Source: a virus
DNA: 64,000 nucleotides
Virus record (IMG/VR): IMGVR_UViG_3300025840_000015
Location: 52,180-116,179 of that record
Strand: one strand, 5' to 3'
In this document: piece after piece, positions 28,239 through 38,915 of the stretch
How the letters are laid out: each line of letters opens with the position of its first letter
Numbering within the stretch: the stretch's first letter is position 1
Made by a program: the position numbers and the translations under genes
Notes under the pieces: generated by a model
Seen by the model: only the letters and a program-made list of their open reading frames with translations
Databases searched by the model: none
Told to the model about the DNA's origin: nothing

Positions 28239-31200
28239 TTATTCATACTTAATACAAGGAAGTAAAGCTAAATATGGTGGAATGTTGGGGTGTGCTTGAC
28301 TATTGCCTGCATTGCCAGTGTTTCCAGTAATGTTAATTGCCACGTTTGCATTTGAGGTTAGATTCAATGAGTGATTGTGTTCTCCAGTGCCTCCAGTAGT
28401 AAATCCGCCGGTCAAAAAAGCGTTCCAGCAAGCTCTATTATCACCTTGTTTATTTCCAGCAGTATTTGGTCTTGCATAATTATGAGAGTGCCCTCCTCCA
28501 GTTAGAGTATAATTTGCATTTGAAGTTATATTTGCATCACTAGTAATATTTACTAAGGGGTGTGCGTGTTGTGGAATCTGATTTACGGTAAGTGTTACAT
28601 TTTCAGATCCACCAGTATCTCCAACATCATATGTTCCACCAGGACCTTTACCTGCAATAAATCTTCTTTCTAAGTTAGGAAGTCTAAATTGAGATGCTGA
28701 TTCTCCCCCAGTATTAAATCTTGTAGAAATAACTGAGAATAGATTAGCATAAATTCCACCATTAGAGAATACTGAACCATTACAAACAAGATATCCACTT
28801 GGAGCTGCAATTCCAGCAAACCATATTACAGTTCCAATGGGAACTCCAAGACCACTAAGATCAATTGTTTCAGTAATAACTGAAGTTACTAGTCCCTTTT
28901 CATTTACGGTTATTTTAGGAACTGTAGTAGAACTTCCAAATGTTCCAGTGGTAGAATTGACAGTTGCTAATGTTCCTGCTGCAGATACATTAGCAGACCC
29001 ATCAAAATTGACATTCCAAGCCAAATCTCCAGTTATTGCAATATTTCTTGCATTTGTTAGTTTATCTGCTGATTGTGCGGCTCCGGTAACTGTTCCTATA
29101 AATGTATTTGCATAAACTTTATCCCATTTAAGACCTGTGGAACCAAGATCCATGGTCCCATTTTGATTTCCTGGGTATAATCCAGCTTGAGTTAGAGTTA
29201 AATATCTTTGCGTTGCATTATCAAGTGGAATAGCAGTTCCAGCTGCAACATTAGCAATCAAATAGAAAGACATTTGTGGATTTGATGTAGCATCCACGTT
29301 AACACTTATTCTTGCAGAATTTCCACTTCTATCTGGAGTCAATCTGGTATGATTAAAGCAAAGATTTGCATTTCCTCCACCATCATTTGTTGCCAATGAT
29401 GTTTCTCCACTACCTCTTCCGGACGCAATAATACCACTAGCATATAAATCATTTTTAGATGCATCCCAATTTAAACTACCATCTACAAGAATATCATCAT
29501 AATCTCCAGAAACTCCATTTTTAAGTAAGGCAGGTTGATAAATTGATCCGGCAGTATTTGATGCTCCCGAAACAAGTATTTTATCAGCTTTATCTGCAGT
29601 TCCACTAACTGCTCCATCAAAAGTAGTTGCATATATTGTTCTCCACTTCTTAGTTCCAGTTCCTATGTCGATTGCATTGGTAGTTTTTGGAACTATATTT
29701 CCTGTAAATGAGGATCTTATTATAATATCAGTATTAGAATTTGCTCCAAGTGTGGAACCACCATTTACAGTTAAATTAGCATTTACAAGAACCTCTTTTA
29801 TTGTCAATTTGCCCGCATTTGGATTGAATGAAATATCACCATCCGTAAATAATCCATTGTATTCTCCTACATTATTATTATCATCTACAAATGTGGGATA
29901 AAATGTGGCATTATCATTTTTAGTTATTGTTTTTATTAAATCTGCTTGAGATGCTGTTCCACTAAATGAACCATTAAATGTATTTGCAAATATGGTTCCA
30001 AATCTATTTCCTGCTGCACCAATATTAATGCTATCTGATCTTGGTAGTAGAGTAGTATTTGCTTTTGCATTGAAGTTTAAATTATCATCACCATTACTTC
30101 CAAGGAATATATTTCCATTTACTCTCAGAATATTGCCTATAGTTGCATTGCTAGTGGTTAAAAGATTTGTGCCAGGATTATATGATATTCCACCGTCAGT
30201 ATATACGATTCTAGCTGCTCTAGTGCTACTATTTGTATCTACAAAAGTTAAAAAGTAAGAAGCATTTGTGTTAATGGATGCAGTTTCAATTTCTTTTGCC
30301 TTATCTGCTGTTCCATTGAACGAACCATCAAAAGTAGTTGCATATACTGTTTTCCATCTTTTAGTAGATTCTCCAATATCGTAAGTATTATTTGCATCTG
30401 GAAGAACATTAGTGTCAATTGTTCCCGTAAGTGATAGGCTAGTAGATACATCTAGATTTGTGATTCCCGCATTTGTTACTGTTAATTTATTACCGTTTGG
30501 GTTATAGCTAATACTAGCATCGGTATAAAAACTATTTAAAGATGCAGTAGAGGCATTATCGTCTACAAAAGTTAAATAGAAAGAAGTATTTGACTGATTT
30601 CTAACAGTAAGTAATTTTTCTGCACCATCTGCTGTTCCAGTTACAGAACCATCAAAAGTATCAGCATAAACTGTTCCCCATCTTTGACTATTAGTTCCAA
30701 GATCAATTTTTGCCTCTGATGTTCTGGTAAATGTTGTAGAATTAAGACTAACACCAGAATCATAAGTAATAGGATTATCTTTTACATTTGAGATATTTTT
30801 ATTTCTAACCCTAACTGTAAATGCTCCATTTCCCCCATCAGATGTTAATTGAACTTTTGTTGCCCCTTGATTATCTACAGCATATTTTTCAGCACCATTG
30901 TAATAACATCCTGCTCTTATTGTTATATCTCCACCACCATCATTGAAAGAAATTCTCTTGGTTGCATCTTCTAGAAGAATAGCTCCACTAGCCCCAGATA
31001 ACCATAATGCACCCCTATCTAATTGTGTTGCACTAGGTGAAGATAGTCGTAAAACATTTAAATTTGGGTTATATTCAATACTGCCATCAGTATATAAATC
31101 CTCATCTGCACCTGGAGAATCATTATCACTATTTACAAATGTTAAGAACTGATATGCATTAGTTGAATTTTTCTGAGTCTTTATCTTATTTGCATTATCT

Positions 31201-34200
31201 GCTCTATTTACAGTAATATTTGCATCAGTTGCCCAATTTATTCCAGTTCCAGTAGAAACTAAAACCTGACCTGAAGAACCTGGATCACCATCAGTATCTA
31301 ATAATTTTTTACTTGGTTTAAAATCTCCATTTATTGTAACAGTTCCAGCTGCACCTGCCGGTGTATCATCTGGTTCTATTACAATTGATTGTTGTCCTAA
31401 TATTTTACCTTCATCTAAAGGTCCGGTTAGTTTAATTCCAGCACTATCTGTTTGAAGTCTTAAAAGATCATTAAAGTAAAAATCTACTGTAGAATTTCTG
31501 TTGAATACTGCAAATTTTTCATCACTAGTAGTTCCAAACTCCATTCCATAATCCTGTCCAGTTCCATTGAACTGGATATATCCCATATTCGTGGAATCAA
31601 TAGTCTTCTGAATTCTAGTATAAGCAGATTGCCAATTACTTCCGTTACTATCTCTCTGTTCTATTACATCTAAGTATGATGTATTATTATTATCTGCTAT
31701 AAATGAAGCTAATTTTTGATTATCTCCAGCATTTGATCCTAAAGAAACAGTTGGTTGAACTAATATACCTTCTCTTGGATTAACTTTAATTGATGTGCTA
31801 CTGTATAAATCCTCATAAGATGCCAGTGGAGGATCAACTGCTGGAGAATTATTTTCTTCAACGAAAGAAATATAATAATATTTATTATCATCTGCAGTTT
31901 CTGATAGTATCGTATCTGCAGTTGCCGCATTTCCTACGGTAATATCATCTGGATTTCCCCATTTAATTACGTCTCCGGTAGATAGTAATACTTGATTATT
32001 GAGTCCTTTACTGTCAAAACCATCATACAGAGCACCATCTACACCAAGACTACCTCTAATATCTAAATTATATCTTGGACTATTTGAAGAAATGCCAATA
32101 TTTCCATCAGTCTTTAAATATAACTGATCTGGATTATTTCTAGTTCCTCCATTAGCACTGACATCTGTTTCAATTGAAATATCCTTTGGAGTTCCAGAAG
32201 TAGCAGATGCAGTATCAAGTCTTACATAATCTGCAGTTGAAAAAATTCTAAAATTATCCCAAGAGTTTAGATTTGAATAATAGTCATTTGTAAAGAATTC
32301 AAATTGAGAATTTCCATTTCCATTTGGTATTACTCTTAATACCGTATGTTTATTAGTATTCAGATTTCTAAAAGTTGGACTTCCCTTCTGATTACCGTCT
32401 GCATCAGAAAATGCATAAAAATGAAGATCTCCAACTCTAATTCCAGCATCATCACCATACTTTCTTAAATCCAACTGTTTTGATACTACAGTTGTTCCTA
32501 TACCAACATCACCATCACCTTTAAGTGACAGTATAGGTGTAGATTGACCAACAGTTGCATTATGAACATCAAAGTTCATGTAATTTTCATCTATGACATT
32601 TGAATTGAATGTCTTGATGAAGAAAGGTCTATTTACATTATCTTCTCTGTTTATTTCTATCACACCCTCTCTTTCGAAGGTTGGCATCGTATCAAATATT
32701 ACGCCACCTTTTACATGAATAGCTTGTTGAGGTTCTGAAGTTCCTACTCCCAATCTCTCATCTACATATGCCTTTTGTTTAAAAGTTGCAATTCCAGTAA
32801 TTAATAAGTCTCTTGTTTTTACAAATTCACTAAATTCACCGGTTCTTGCTTGCAGTTCATCATAAAATACATCATCCTTTACATATAAATCGCCACCAAC
32901 ATAAAGATCTCCACCAGTTGTAACAATTCCAGAATTCGTTGCTAAACTAACTTCATCTCCAACAAATAACTTTTTAGCAATTCCTACGCCACCAGGAGTA
33001 TATAATGAACCATCATTGACACCGGTAGAATCACTATTATCATGAACAAAAACTTTATCTTTTATTTCTACTATACCCTCAGAATCTATTACTAAATTTC
33101 CTTGTCCTGTTAAAATTGATATAGTATTTGTGTCTAATTTGATATTGCCAATTGTTGTTATACCAGTGGCAGATATACTAGTAAAATCGGCAGGACCATC
33201 AAAATCTGCATAGTTAGATACTGATAGATCTTTTAATTGAGTATCTTGATATACTTCTAGTCTTCCTGTTGTTGTAAGTCCGGTTATTTTAACATCTTGT
33301 AAAAATGTTGCAATACCAGTTACATATAAATCATTAACATCTATACTTCCTTTAAATTTAGTAGCAGTTACAATTCCAGTAAATTCTGCAAATTTGCCTT
33401 CAATATTATCTAATGTTGAAGTATGATATACTGTCAGATCTCTAGATGTTGTTAGTCCAGATACTTTAAGATCTTTGGATGTAGTTACTCCAGTTACTTT
33501 TAAATTATCTATTGTCACTCCACCACTGAATTGAGATTCTCCCAAAACATCCAACAATTTATTTGGAGTTGTGCTACCAATACCAATTCTATCTACTACA
33601 TCATCATAAACGAAATTATCTGCTCCGTCTACAACACCTGCAGAATTTCTATACTGAACAGACTTATAGAATCCACCTGCAGCTGCTGGAAGTGTAGATG
33701 AGTCTACCCACAAAACTCCTTGAACACCAGCAATATCACCTCTAGTAAGAACTTGACCTACAGTTCCAGGTTCTTCTTCAATATCAATAATTGCTCCTCT
33801 GAGCCTGGTATTCCCATAGACATCTAGAGTATATGTTGGATCATTGGTTCCAATACCAACATAATATTGTTCATTAACAGAAAATACTGTTCCCCCGGCA
33901 CCAATATAAACTCTATCACCAGCAGTAAGTAAAGAATCTGCTACGTCATATGTTAACTTACTTGATGTTGAAAAATCATTAGAAGAATTAAACTGAATTT
34001 CTCCCTCGTTTCCGGGAGCAAATACAGTAATAGTTACTGCTGTTCCAGGATTTGTCATCCCGGTTCTATAACCTTCAGCAACTATAGCATTTCCCTTGAT
34101 GATTAAATCTGTAGTGCTATTGGGTCCACCAACTAGTATGGTTTCATCAAATACACTAATTGAACCAGGAATTACTCCACCACCCCTTGGAATCCAGTAT

Positions 34201-34385
34201 CTTTTTCCAGGAAAACCTTCAACAGAAATTATTTGAAACTGCGGTCCAGCAGGAATAATATCACCACTTCCCGATGGATCACCAAGGTTTGGTTCTGCAT
34301 CTCCAAGTGTTAGATAAGTAAATCTATCATCTCGTAATTGACTTTGAGGAGTTCTTCTTGTTCTTCCCGATAAGTATCTTGGCAT
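28239..34385 (-). CDS. long tail fibre protein with a C-terminal collar/tip domain
   Basis: VGIGT modules; repeated LTFVD..YTD..ISYNP and DIG....RWxTVYAxTFDG units; VPIGTVIWFAG collar. Confidence 0.85.
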   Translation of the reverse strand: MPRYLSGRTRRTPQSQLRDDRFTYLTLGDAEPNLGDPSGSGDIIPAGPQFQIISVEGFPGKRYWIPRGGGVIPGSISVFDETILVGGPNSTTDLIIKGNAIVAEGYRTGMTNPGTAVTITVFAPGNEGEIQFNSSNDFSTSSKLTYDVADSLLTAGDRVYIGAGGTVFSVNEQYYVGIGTNDPTYTLDVYGNTRLRGAIIDIEEEPGTVGQVLTRGDIAGVQGVLWVDSSTLPAAAGGFYKSVQYRNSAGVVDGADNFVYDDVVDRIGIGSTTPNKLLDVLGESQFSGGVTIDNLKVTGVTTSKDLKVSGLTTSRDLTVYHTSTLDNIEGKFAEFTGIVTATKFKGSIDVNDLYVTGIATFLQDVKITGLTTTGRLEVYQDTQLKDLSVSNYADFDGPADFTSISATGITTIGNIKLDTNTISILTGQGNLVIDSEGIVEIKDKVFVHDNSDSTGVNDGSLYTPGGVGIAKKLFVGDEVSLATNSGIVTTGGDLYVGGDLYVKDDVFYDELQARTGEFSEFVKTRDLLITGIATFKQKAYVDERLGVGTSEPQQAIHVKGGVIFDTMPTFEREGVIEINREDNVNRPFFIKTFNSNVIDENYMNFDVHNATVGQSTPILSLKGDGDVGIGTTVVSKQLDLRKYGDDAGIRVGDLHFYAFSDADGNQKGSPTFRNLNTNKHTVLRVIPNGNGNSQFEFFTNDYYSNLNSWDNFRIFSTADYVRLDTASATSGTPKDISIETDVSANGGTRNNPDQLYLKTDGNIGISSNSPRYNLDIRGSLGVDGALYDGFDSKGLNNQVLLSTGDVIKWGNPDDITVGNAATADTILSETADDNKYYYISFVEENNSPAVDPPLASYEDLYSSTSIKVNPREGILVQPTVSLGSNAGDNQKLASFIADNNNTSYLDVIEQRDSNGSNWQSAYTRIQKTIDSTNMGYIQFNGTGQDYGMEFGTTSDEKFAVFNRNSTVDFYFNDLLRLQTDSAGIKLTGPLDEGKILGQQSIVIEPDDTPAGAAGTVTINGDFKPSKKLLDTDGDPGSSGQVLVSTGTGINWATDANITVNRADNANKIKTQKNSTNAYQFLTFVNSDNDSPGADEDLYTDGSIEYNPNLNVLRLSSPSATQLDRGALWLSGASGAILLEDATKRISFNDGGGDITIRAGCYYNGAEKYAVDNQGATKVQLTSDGGNGAFTVRVRNKNISNVKDNPITYDSGVSLNSTTFTRTSEAKIDLGTNSQRWGTVYADTFDGSVTGTADGAEKLLTVRNQSNTSFYLTFVDDNASTASLNSFYTDASISYNPNGNKLTVTNAGITNLDVSTSLSLTGTIDTNVLPDANNTYDIGESTKRWKTVYATTFDGSFNGTADKAKEIETASINTNASYFLTFVDTNSSTRAARIVYTDGGISYNPGTNLLTTSNATIGNILRVNGNIFLGSNGDDNLNFNAKANTTLLPRSDSINIGAAGNRFGTIFANTFNGSFSGTASQADLIKTITKNDNATFYPTFVDDNNNVGEYNGLFTDGDISFNPNAGKLTIKEVLVNANLTVNGGSTLGANSNTDIIIRSSFTGNIVPKTTNAIDIGTGTKKWRTIYATTFDGAVSGTADKADKILVSGASNTAGSIYQPALLKNGVSGDYDDILVDGSLNWDASKNDLYASGIIASGRGSGETSLATNDGGGNANLCFNHTRLTPDRSGNSARISVNVDATSNPQMSFYLIANVAAGTAIPLDNATQRYLTLTQAGLYPGNQNGTMDLGSTGLKWDKVYANTFIGTVTGAAQSADKLTNARNIAITGDLAWNVNFDGSANVSAAGTLATVNSTTGTFGSSTTVPKITVNEKGLVTSVITETIDLSGLGVPIGTVIWFAGIAAPSGYLVCNGSVFSNGGIYANLFSVISTRFNTGGESASQFRLPNLERRFIAGKGPGGTYDVGDTGGSENVTLTVNQIPQHAHPLVNITSDANITSNANYTLTGGGHSHNYARPNTAGNKQGDNRACWNAFLTGGFTTGGTGEHNHSLNLTSNANVAINITGNTGNAGNSQAHPNIPPYLALLPCIKYE

Positions 34386-34390
34386 AATTA

Positions 34391-35065
34391 TTATGTTGTG
34401 CTATTTTCTAGGATACTGCAAATAAATTCCATTTGAAGTGGGGCAACTTTGCCACCAGTTGAATAATTGTGAATAATTCCAGAAACAGTTCCAGAATTAG
34501 TAACAAAAGTCTTTGATACACCAACACCATCAGTAATGATAGATTCTACAATAAATGATTGTTGTGGTGAAGGAAATATGCTAGTTGTAAGTCCATAATT
34601 TCCTGGAGGACATGTAAACTCTAGTCCACTCATTGTTACATAATCATCCACAGCAAAATTATGTGGTGTTGTAGTTGTTACTGTAGTAACACCTGTCACA
34701 TTATCATATTCGCAATTCTCTACATCAAGAATTCCATCTTGAAATCCTTCAATAACAATAGAGTCTGTTATAATTGCCGTTCTTTCTAATACCAATCTAC
34801 CATCAATGATTACCAAAGAATCATTTGGTGGAATTTCAATATCTTTTATCACTCTTACGTTTCTGGTGTTACCAGCTGTTCTGGCAGAAGTGCTCTTTCT
34901 TCTGTGCGTAAAAGTTAATGTTGGATAAGTGTTTACTCCAACGTTTGCAACTTGTGCATATAGAACAATAGCAGAAACTCCAGTAGGAGTTGTATATACT
35001 GTTTGTTCTCCAGGAGCAACTGGAACAGCAACTGTTAAAAATTTATTAAGTGGTGCAACTGCCAT
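34391..35065 (-). CDS. conserved virion structural protein
   Basis: MAVAPLNKFLTVAVPV...YTTPTGVSAIVLYAQVANVG...SILEN. Confidence 0.7.
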   Translation of the reverse strand: MAVAPLNKFLTVAVPVAPGEQTVYTTPTGVSAIVLYAQVANVGVNTYPTLTFTHRRKSTSARTAGNTRNVRVIKDIEIPPNDSLVIIDGRLVLERTAIITDSIVIEGFQDGILDVENCEYDNVTGVTTVTTTTPHNFAVDDYVTMSGLEFTCPPGNYGLTTSIFPSPQQSFIVESIITDGVGVSKTFVTNSGTVSGIIHNYSTGGKVAPLQMEFICSILENSTT

Positions 35066-35071
35066 ATTTTT

Positions 35072-38000
35072 TTACCTTAATGCTAGTATTAGAGGGGTAA
35101 CTTCAGCTTGTATTGCCTTACTAAAATCTCTTCCACGAATTGTTGATGTTGGTTGGTTAATTTGGAATCCCTCTCCAATATCAAAGTTTCCTTTTTGATC
35201 AGTGCTAGTAAATGGAACTTGTGCTCCATCTAAAGCAACAATCTCATTTTCCTTAATAGGAACAGCCCCTTGGAAAGGCGTTGAGTTATTTATATTAACA
35301 CCCGTTCCAATATATTCAAATGAATGTGAACTTGTTAGGATCCTACTTATCCTCTTGAAAGAAACTCTTTCATTTCCAAATAATTCATAAGGAATAAATT
35401 CATTAAATGTTACTGTTGTAATTCCAACGCTAGTTCCTGATGTTCTGGTAGGTAAAGTTCCCAAATCAATGGCATCAGTAACTATTGCAAATAATGTATC
35501 AATAGAACTTTGGACATCTGCACAAGATGCTGGATCTTGGTTTGATCCAGTAACAGGATCTGCAATGATGGATAGATCAATGACTTGTTCAAAAGTATTG
35601 ATAGTAGTATAAGATTGTTTAGTTACAACAACATTGTTTATAATTGACTTTGCAAGATCTCTAGCATTATTAAATGTCTCAATAGATTCTGCTTCTTCTC
35701 CAGCCAAATATGCATTATCGATATAAATTTTTCCAGCATCATATGCTTTATCATTTCCACCATATACTAAGTTATATGATATAGCATCTAAAACTAATTT
35801 CGTATCTTCAACACAACGATCATTTCCACCAGGAATAGTAAACGATGGATTATTAAATAGCATTCTATCAACTGCTTCAGTAGCAATAAAATCTATGTTT
35901 CTTCTTATTAAAGATATTGCATCAGCGTATCTACCTACTGCAGGAACTGGTTGTGTTGCAGAATCAACTGTATAATATATTGGTTGTGTTATTATTTCTG
36001 CCGAAGCTCCCACTGCAGCTCCACCATCAATAAAGACTTCAAGATTTTGAGATGGTAAATAATTTCTTCCACTATTTACAACATCTATTTCAACAATTGA
36101 TCCTGTAATCTCATCAATTGTTGGACTCAATTCTGCAATAATTCCTTGTGGACCTTTTGGATCTTGTGTTAAATCGTCAGCATCTCTAATTATAACTGTT
36201 GGTGGAGCAGCAGGACTAAAACCAGAACCACCATTGGTAACTACAATTTCTTGTATTTGGAGCATTGGTGTTGTTAATATAGAGGATGGCAATCCTGATA
36301 CATAAGACTGATTGACATCTCCATAATTTGTGAGATCTATTTCAAAGAAAATTGCTTGACCATCATATGGTCTTCTAACATTATTGTATATGTCAGAAAT
36401 ATTTTTGAAAGTGACAACATCACTGGCAGCATCAACTCCATCTGCAGTTCTTGATGGGGGATATCTTCCAACATTTGAAGTATATTCTGTTATACCTAAA
36501 CCTACAGCATATAAACCATAGTTACCAAAAGATGAGTTGGAGTTTGTAAGATCGCATGATCCACCAGTATCTGCATAAATTCCAATATCAGAGTTAATTG
36601 TAAAAATAGAAACTAACTGAGCATATCCATTATTTGTGATCGATACTCCAATACCATTCTCATTATATTGAGTAAATGAGTCACAAACCATACATTTCAA
36701 ATTATTTCCAATATTATTGATGGGATCAGTAACAGATGCATGATCACCATCAATTCTCATACCAATACTGCCACTCATAAAGTTTGTGCAGTTTCTTATA
36801 TATGGACTTCTCCACCTACCACTTGGACCTTCAAGTGTTGGTCCAACTTCTATAAAACCAGTATTAGCAACTTTACTTGGATCTATTGGTGGAAATGCTA
36901 TTGCTCCACATCCGGTATGATTTACAGTAATACTTGTTCCGGCAAAGTTTATATTTTCAATTAAACATCCTCTTCTAACATGGAAAACATCTAGATTTGG
37001 ATTTAATGGAGTTACAGTAACCAATCTTAAATCTTGTCCTGTTACAGTAACATCATACCTCAATCCAATCGGATTATTCTCTACATATACTCCTGGTCTA
37101 ATGACTATAGTATCCCCTGGTTCCGCAATCGCAGCAGCAGCACCTATAGTAGCTTTTGCATCTCCTTCCAGAAGTCCACTGTTAGCATCATCACCATCTT
37201 TGGTCACCCAGACAGTATTTTGAGTCTCTACTCCAGAAGGTCTCCACGAAACACCAGTTCCTACCGCAGATAATCTCCAATCTCTTTTAGTTTCTGCTCT
37301 AAAATCATTTATATCGACCAAATATGAATCTAATTCTAACTCTCCGACTATTCTTGCATTACCCCCAACATTCAAATTCTCTTCAATTCCAACACCACCC
37401 TCAGTTACTATAGAACCAGTGTCTTTATCTATAGAGGTAGCATTGCTATTTACAGTAAGAATTCCATCAATAGTGACATTTAGATCAAATTGAGCATCTC
37501 CTCCAACATTCAATGTGGATTGTAGTGTTGTTGCACCTAAAACATCTAATGTAGATTGTAGTGATGTTGCATCTATAACATTCAATGTGGATTGTAGATT
37601 TGTTGCACCTACAACATCTAATGTATCCTGAAGTGTTGTTGCTCCAAAAACATCTAGTGTATCCTGAAGTGTTGTTTCACCTACAACATCCAATGTGGAT
37701 TGTAGATTTGTTGCACCTACAACATCTAATGTATCTTGTAATTCAGTAGCACCACCTACGGTAAGAGTTAAGTCTAATTCAGTATCTCCTTGTACATTAA
37801 AATTTGATTCGACAAGTCCATCTGAGGAAACACGAAGATTTCCCTCTACATCAAGTTTATATGCAGGATCACTTAAACCAATACCAACCCTATCATTAAA
37901 TGCTACTGCTAAAGTTGGATTTGGGGATGCAAAAAGTGGATCAGCAGTATAAACTTCAAATGGATTTCCTGGAATAGAGCTATTAATTCCAACACTAGTA

Positions 38001-38215
38001 TTTCTATAAACTGCTCCTCTACTATCCCACCCCCACAAATCTTGAGTCTCAATATCAACTATCCATGATGGTGCATCTGGATTAGATAGGGGAGTTAAAG
38101 TATCTGTTCCTATGCCAAGACTATTTACATTTTTAAAATTAAGAGCGGCGTAAGCTTGTGCTAACTGAGTAGTTGGCACATATGTTCCCTGATCTAAAAT
38201 GTAAAAATATGCCAT
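35072..38215 (-). CDS. virion structural/tail protein with a beta-helix region and an inserted phycobiliprotein-like domain
   Basis: VWVTKDGDD..G...AKATI, SPYIRNCT, DSFTQYN, GYAQLVSIFT; insert at aa ~762-915 aligns by eye to beta-phycocyanin. Confidence 0.75.
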   Translation of the reverse strand: MAYFYILDQGTYVPTTQLAQAYAALNFKNVNSLGIGTDTLTPLSNPDAPSWIVDIETQDLWGWDSRGAVYRNTSVGINSSIPGNPFEVYTADPLFASPNPTLAVAFNDRVGIGLSDPAYKLDVEGNLRVSSDGLVESNFNVQGDTELDLTLTVGGATELQDTLDVVGATNLQSTLDVVGETTLQDTLDVFGATTLQDTLDVVGATNLQSTLNVIDATSLQSTLDVLGATTLQSTLNVGGDAQFDLNVTIDGILTVNSNATSIDKDTGSIVTEGGVGIEENLNVGGNARIVGELELDSYLVDINDFRAETKRDWRLSAVGTGVSWRPSGVETQNTVWVTKDGDDANSGLLEGDAKATIGAAAAIAEPGDTIVIRPGVYVENNPIGLRYDVTVTGQDLRLVTVTPLNPNLDVFHVRRGCLIENINFAGTSITVNHTGCGAIAFPPIDPSKVANTGFIEVGPTLEGPSGRWRSPYIRNCTNFMSGSIGMRIDGDHASVTDPINNIGNNLKCMVCDSFTQYNENGIGVSITNNGYAQLVSIFTINSDIGIYADTGGSCDLTNSNSSFGNYGLYAVGLGITEYTSNVGRYPPSRTADGVDAASDVVTFKNISDIYNNVRRPYDGQAIFFEIDLTNYGDVNQSYVSGLPSSILTTPMLQIQEIVVTNGGSGFSPAAPPTVIIRDADDLTQDPKGPQGIIAELSPTIDEITGSIVEIDVVNSGRNYLPSQNLEVFIDGGAAVGASAEIITQPIYYTVDSATQPVPAVGRYADAISLIRRNIDFIATEAVDRMLFNNPSFTIPGGNDRCVEDTKLVLDAISYNLVYGGNDKAYDAGKIYIDNAYLAGEEAESIETFNNARDLAKSIINNVVVTKQSYTTINTFEQVIDLSIIADPVTGSNQDPASCADVQSSIDTLFAIVTDAIDLGTLPTRTSGTSVGITTVTFNEFIPYELFGNERVSFKRISRILTSSHSFEYIGTGVNINNSTPFQGAVPIKENEIVALDGAQVPFTSTDQKGNFDIGEGFQINQPTSTIRGRDFSKAIQAEVTPLILALR
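37505..37760 (-). repeat. 36-bp coding tandem repeat (TxLQxTLxVxGA, ~7 units)
   Basis: visible in both DNA and protein. Confidence 0.85.
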
Positions 38216-38236
38216 TCTTTTATACTATTATATCCT

Positions 38237-38244
38237 TATTTATA
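38237..38244 (-). promoter_or_regulatory. T4-type late promoter TATAAATA
   Basis: exact consensus ~22 bp upstream of the 38215 start. Confidence 0.7.
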
Positions 38245-38262
38245 AATTGGATTTGAGATAAT

Positions 38263-38901
38263 TTATGGATTAAAAATTGGAACTCCTTCATCAAGAATAA
38301 ACATAAATGCAGTAGAAATTCCAGCTGGTCCATCTCCAGTAAAATCAGGTTCTCCTGGGGGTATATCACCAACTTGTGGAATCCATCTTATTCCACCAGC
38401 ATCTCTTGAGAGTATATATGTCAATTTTCCAGGAGAATTTGCAGAGTCATATATTTGAGCATCAATTTTAACACTTCCGGCAACATCAAGTCTTTGCTCT
38501 GGAATATAACTACCTATACCTATACTTTCAGTGGTTACTATAACTCCATTTACGTCTAAAGGTTGTTTTGGTTGAGTGCTGGCAATACCAACTCTACCAT
38601 CAGCAGTATCTATTCTGAATACTTCTCCACCGGTCTCCGGCCTACCAACATAAAATCTTTCAGTTACTGTTAATGTATCATAAAAATATGAAGGTCCAAA
38701 AAATCTTGAAGTTCCATAAACATCAAGATCATTTAAAGAAAGTTTATCATATTTGAAATAGTCAAATTTTAATTCACCATGAATTGTCACATTTTTATAG
38801 AAAATTACATCTCTATTAAAATGTGCCTCCTGACCATAAAATTCAGCATCAGAAGCTGGTGTTTTAAAATTTTGTGCGTCCCAAGTAGAGCTAACTATCA
38901 T
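38263..38901 (-). CDS. virion structural protein
   Basis: VGIAST.P...LDV.G modules; DSANSPG..ILS..AGGIRW. Confidence 0.7.
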   Translation of the reverse strand: MIVSSTWDAQNFKTPASDAEFYGQEAHFNRDVIFYKNVTIHGELKFDYFKYDKLSLNDLDVYGTSRFFGPSYFYDTLTVTERFYVGRPETGGEVFRIDTADGRVGIASTQPKQPLDVNGVIVTTESIGIGSYIPEQRLDVAGSVKIDAQIYDSANSPGKLTYILSRDAGGIRWIPQVGDIPPGEPDFTGDGPAGISTAFMFILDEGVPIFNP

Positions 38902-38915
38902 TTTTTTTTCTCCTA

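Noticed and set aside
18455-38901. Diversity-generating retroelement targeting tail fibres
   Set aside because: No reverse transcriptase and no adenine-variable TR/VR pair seen
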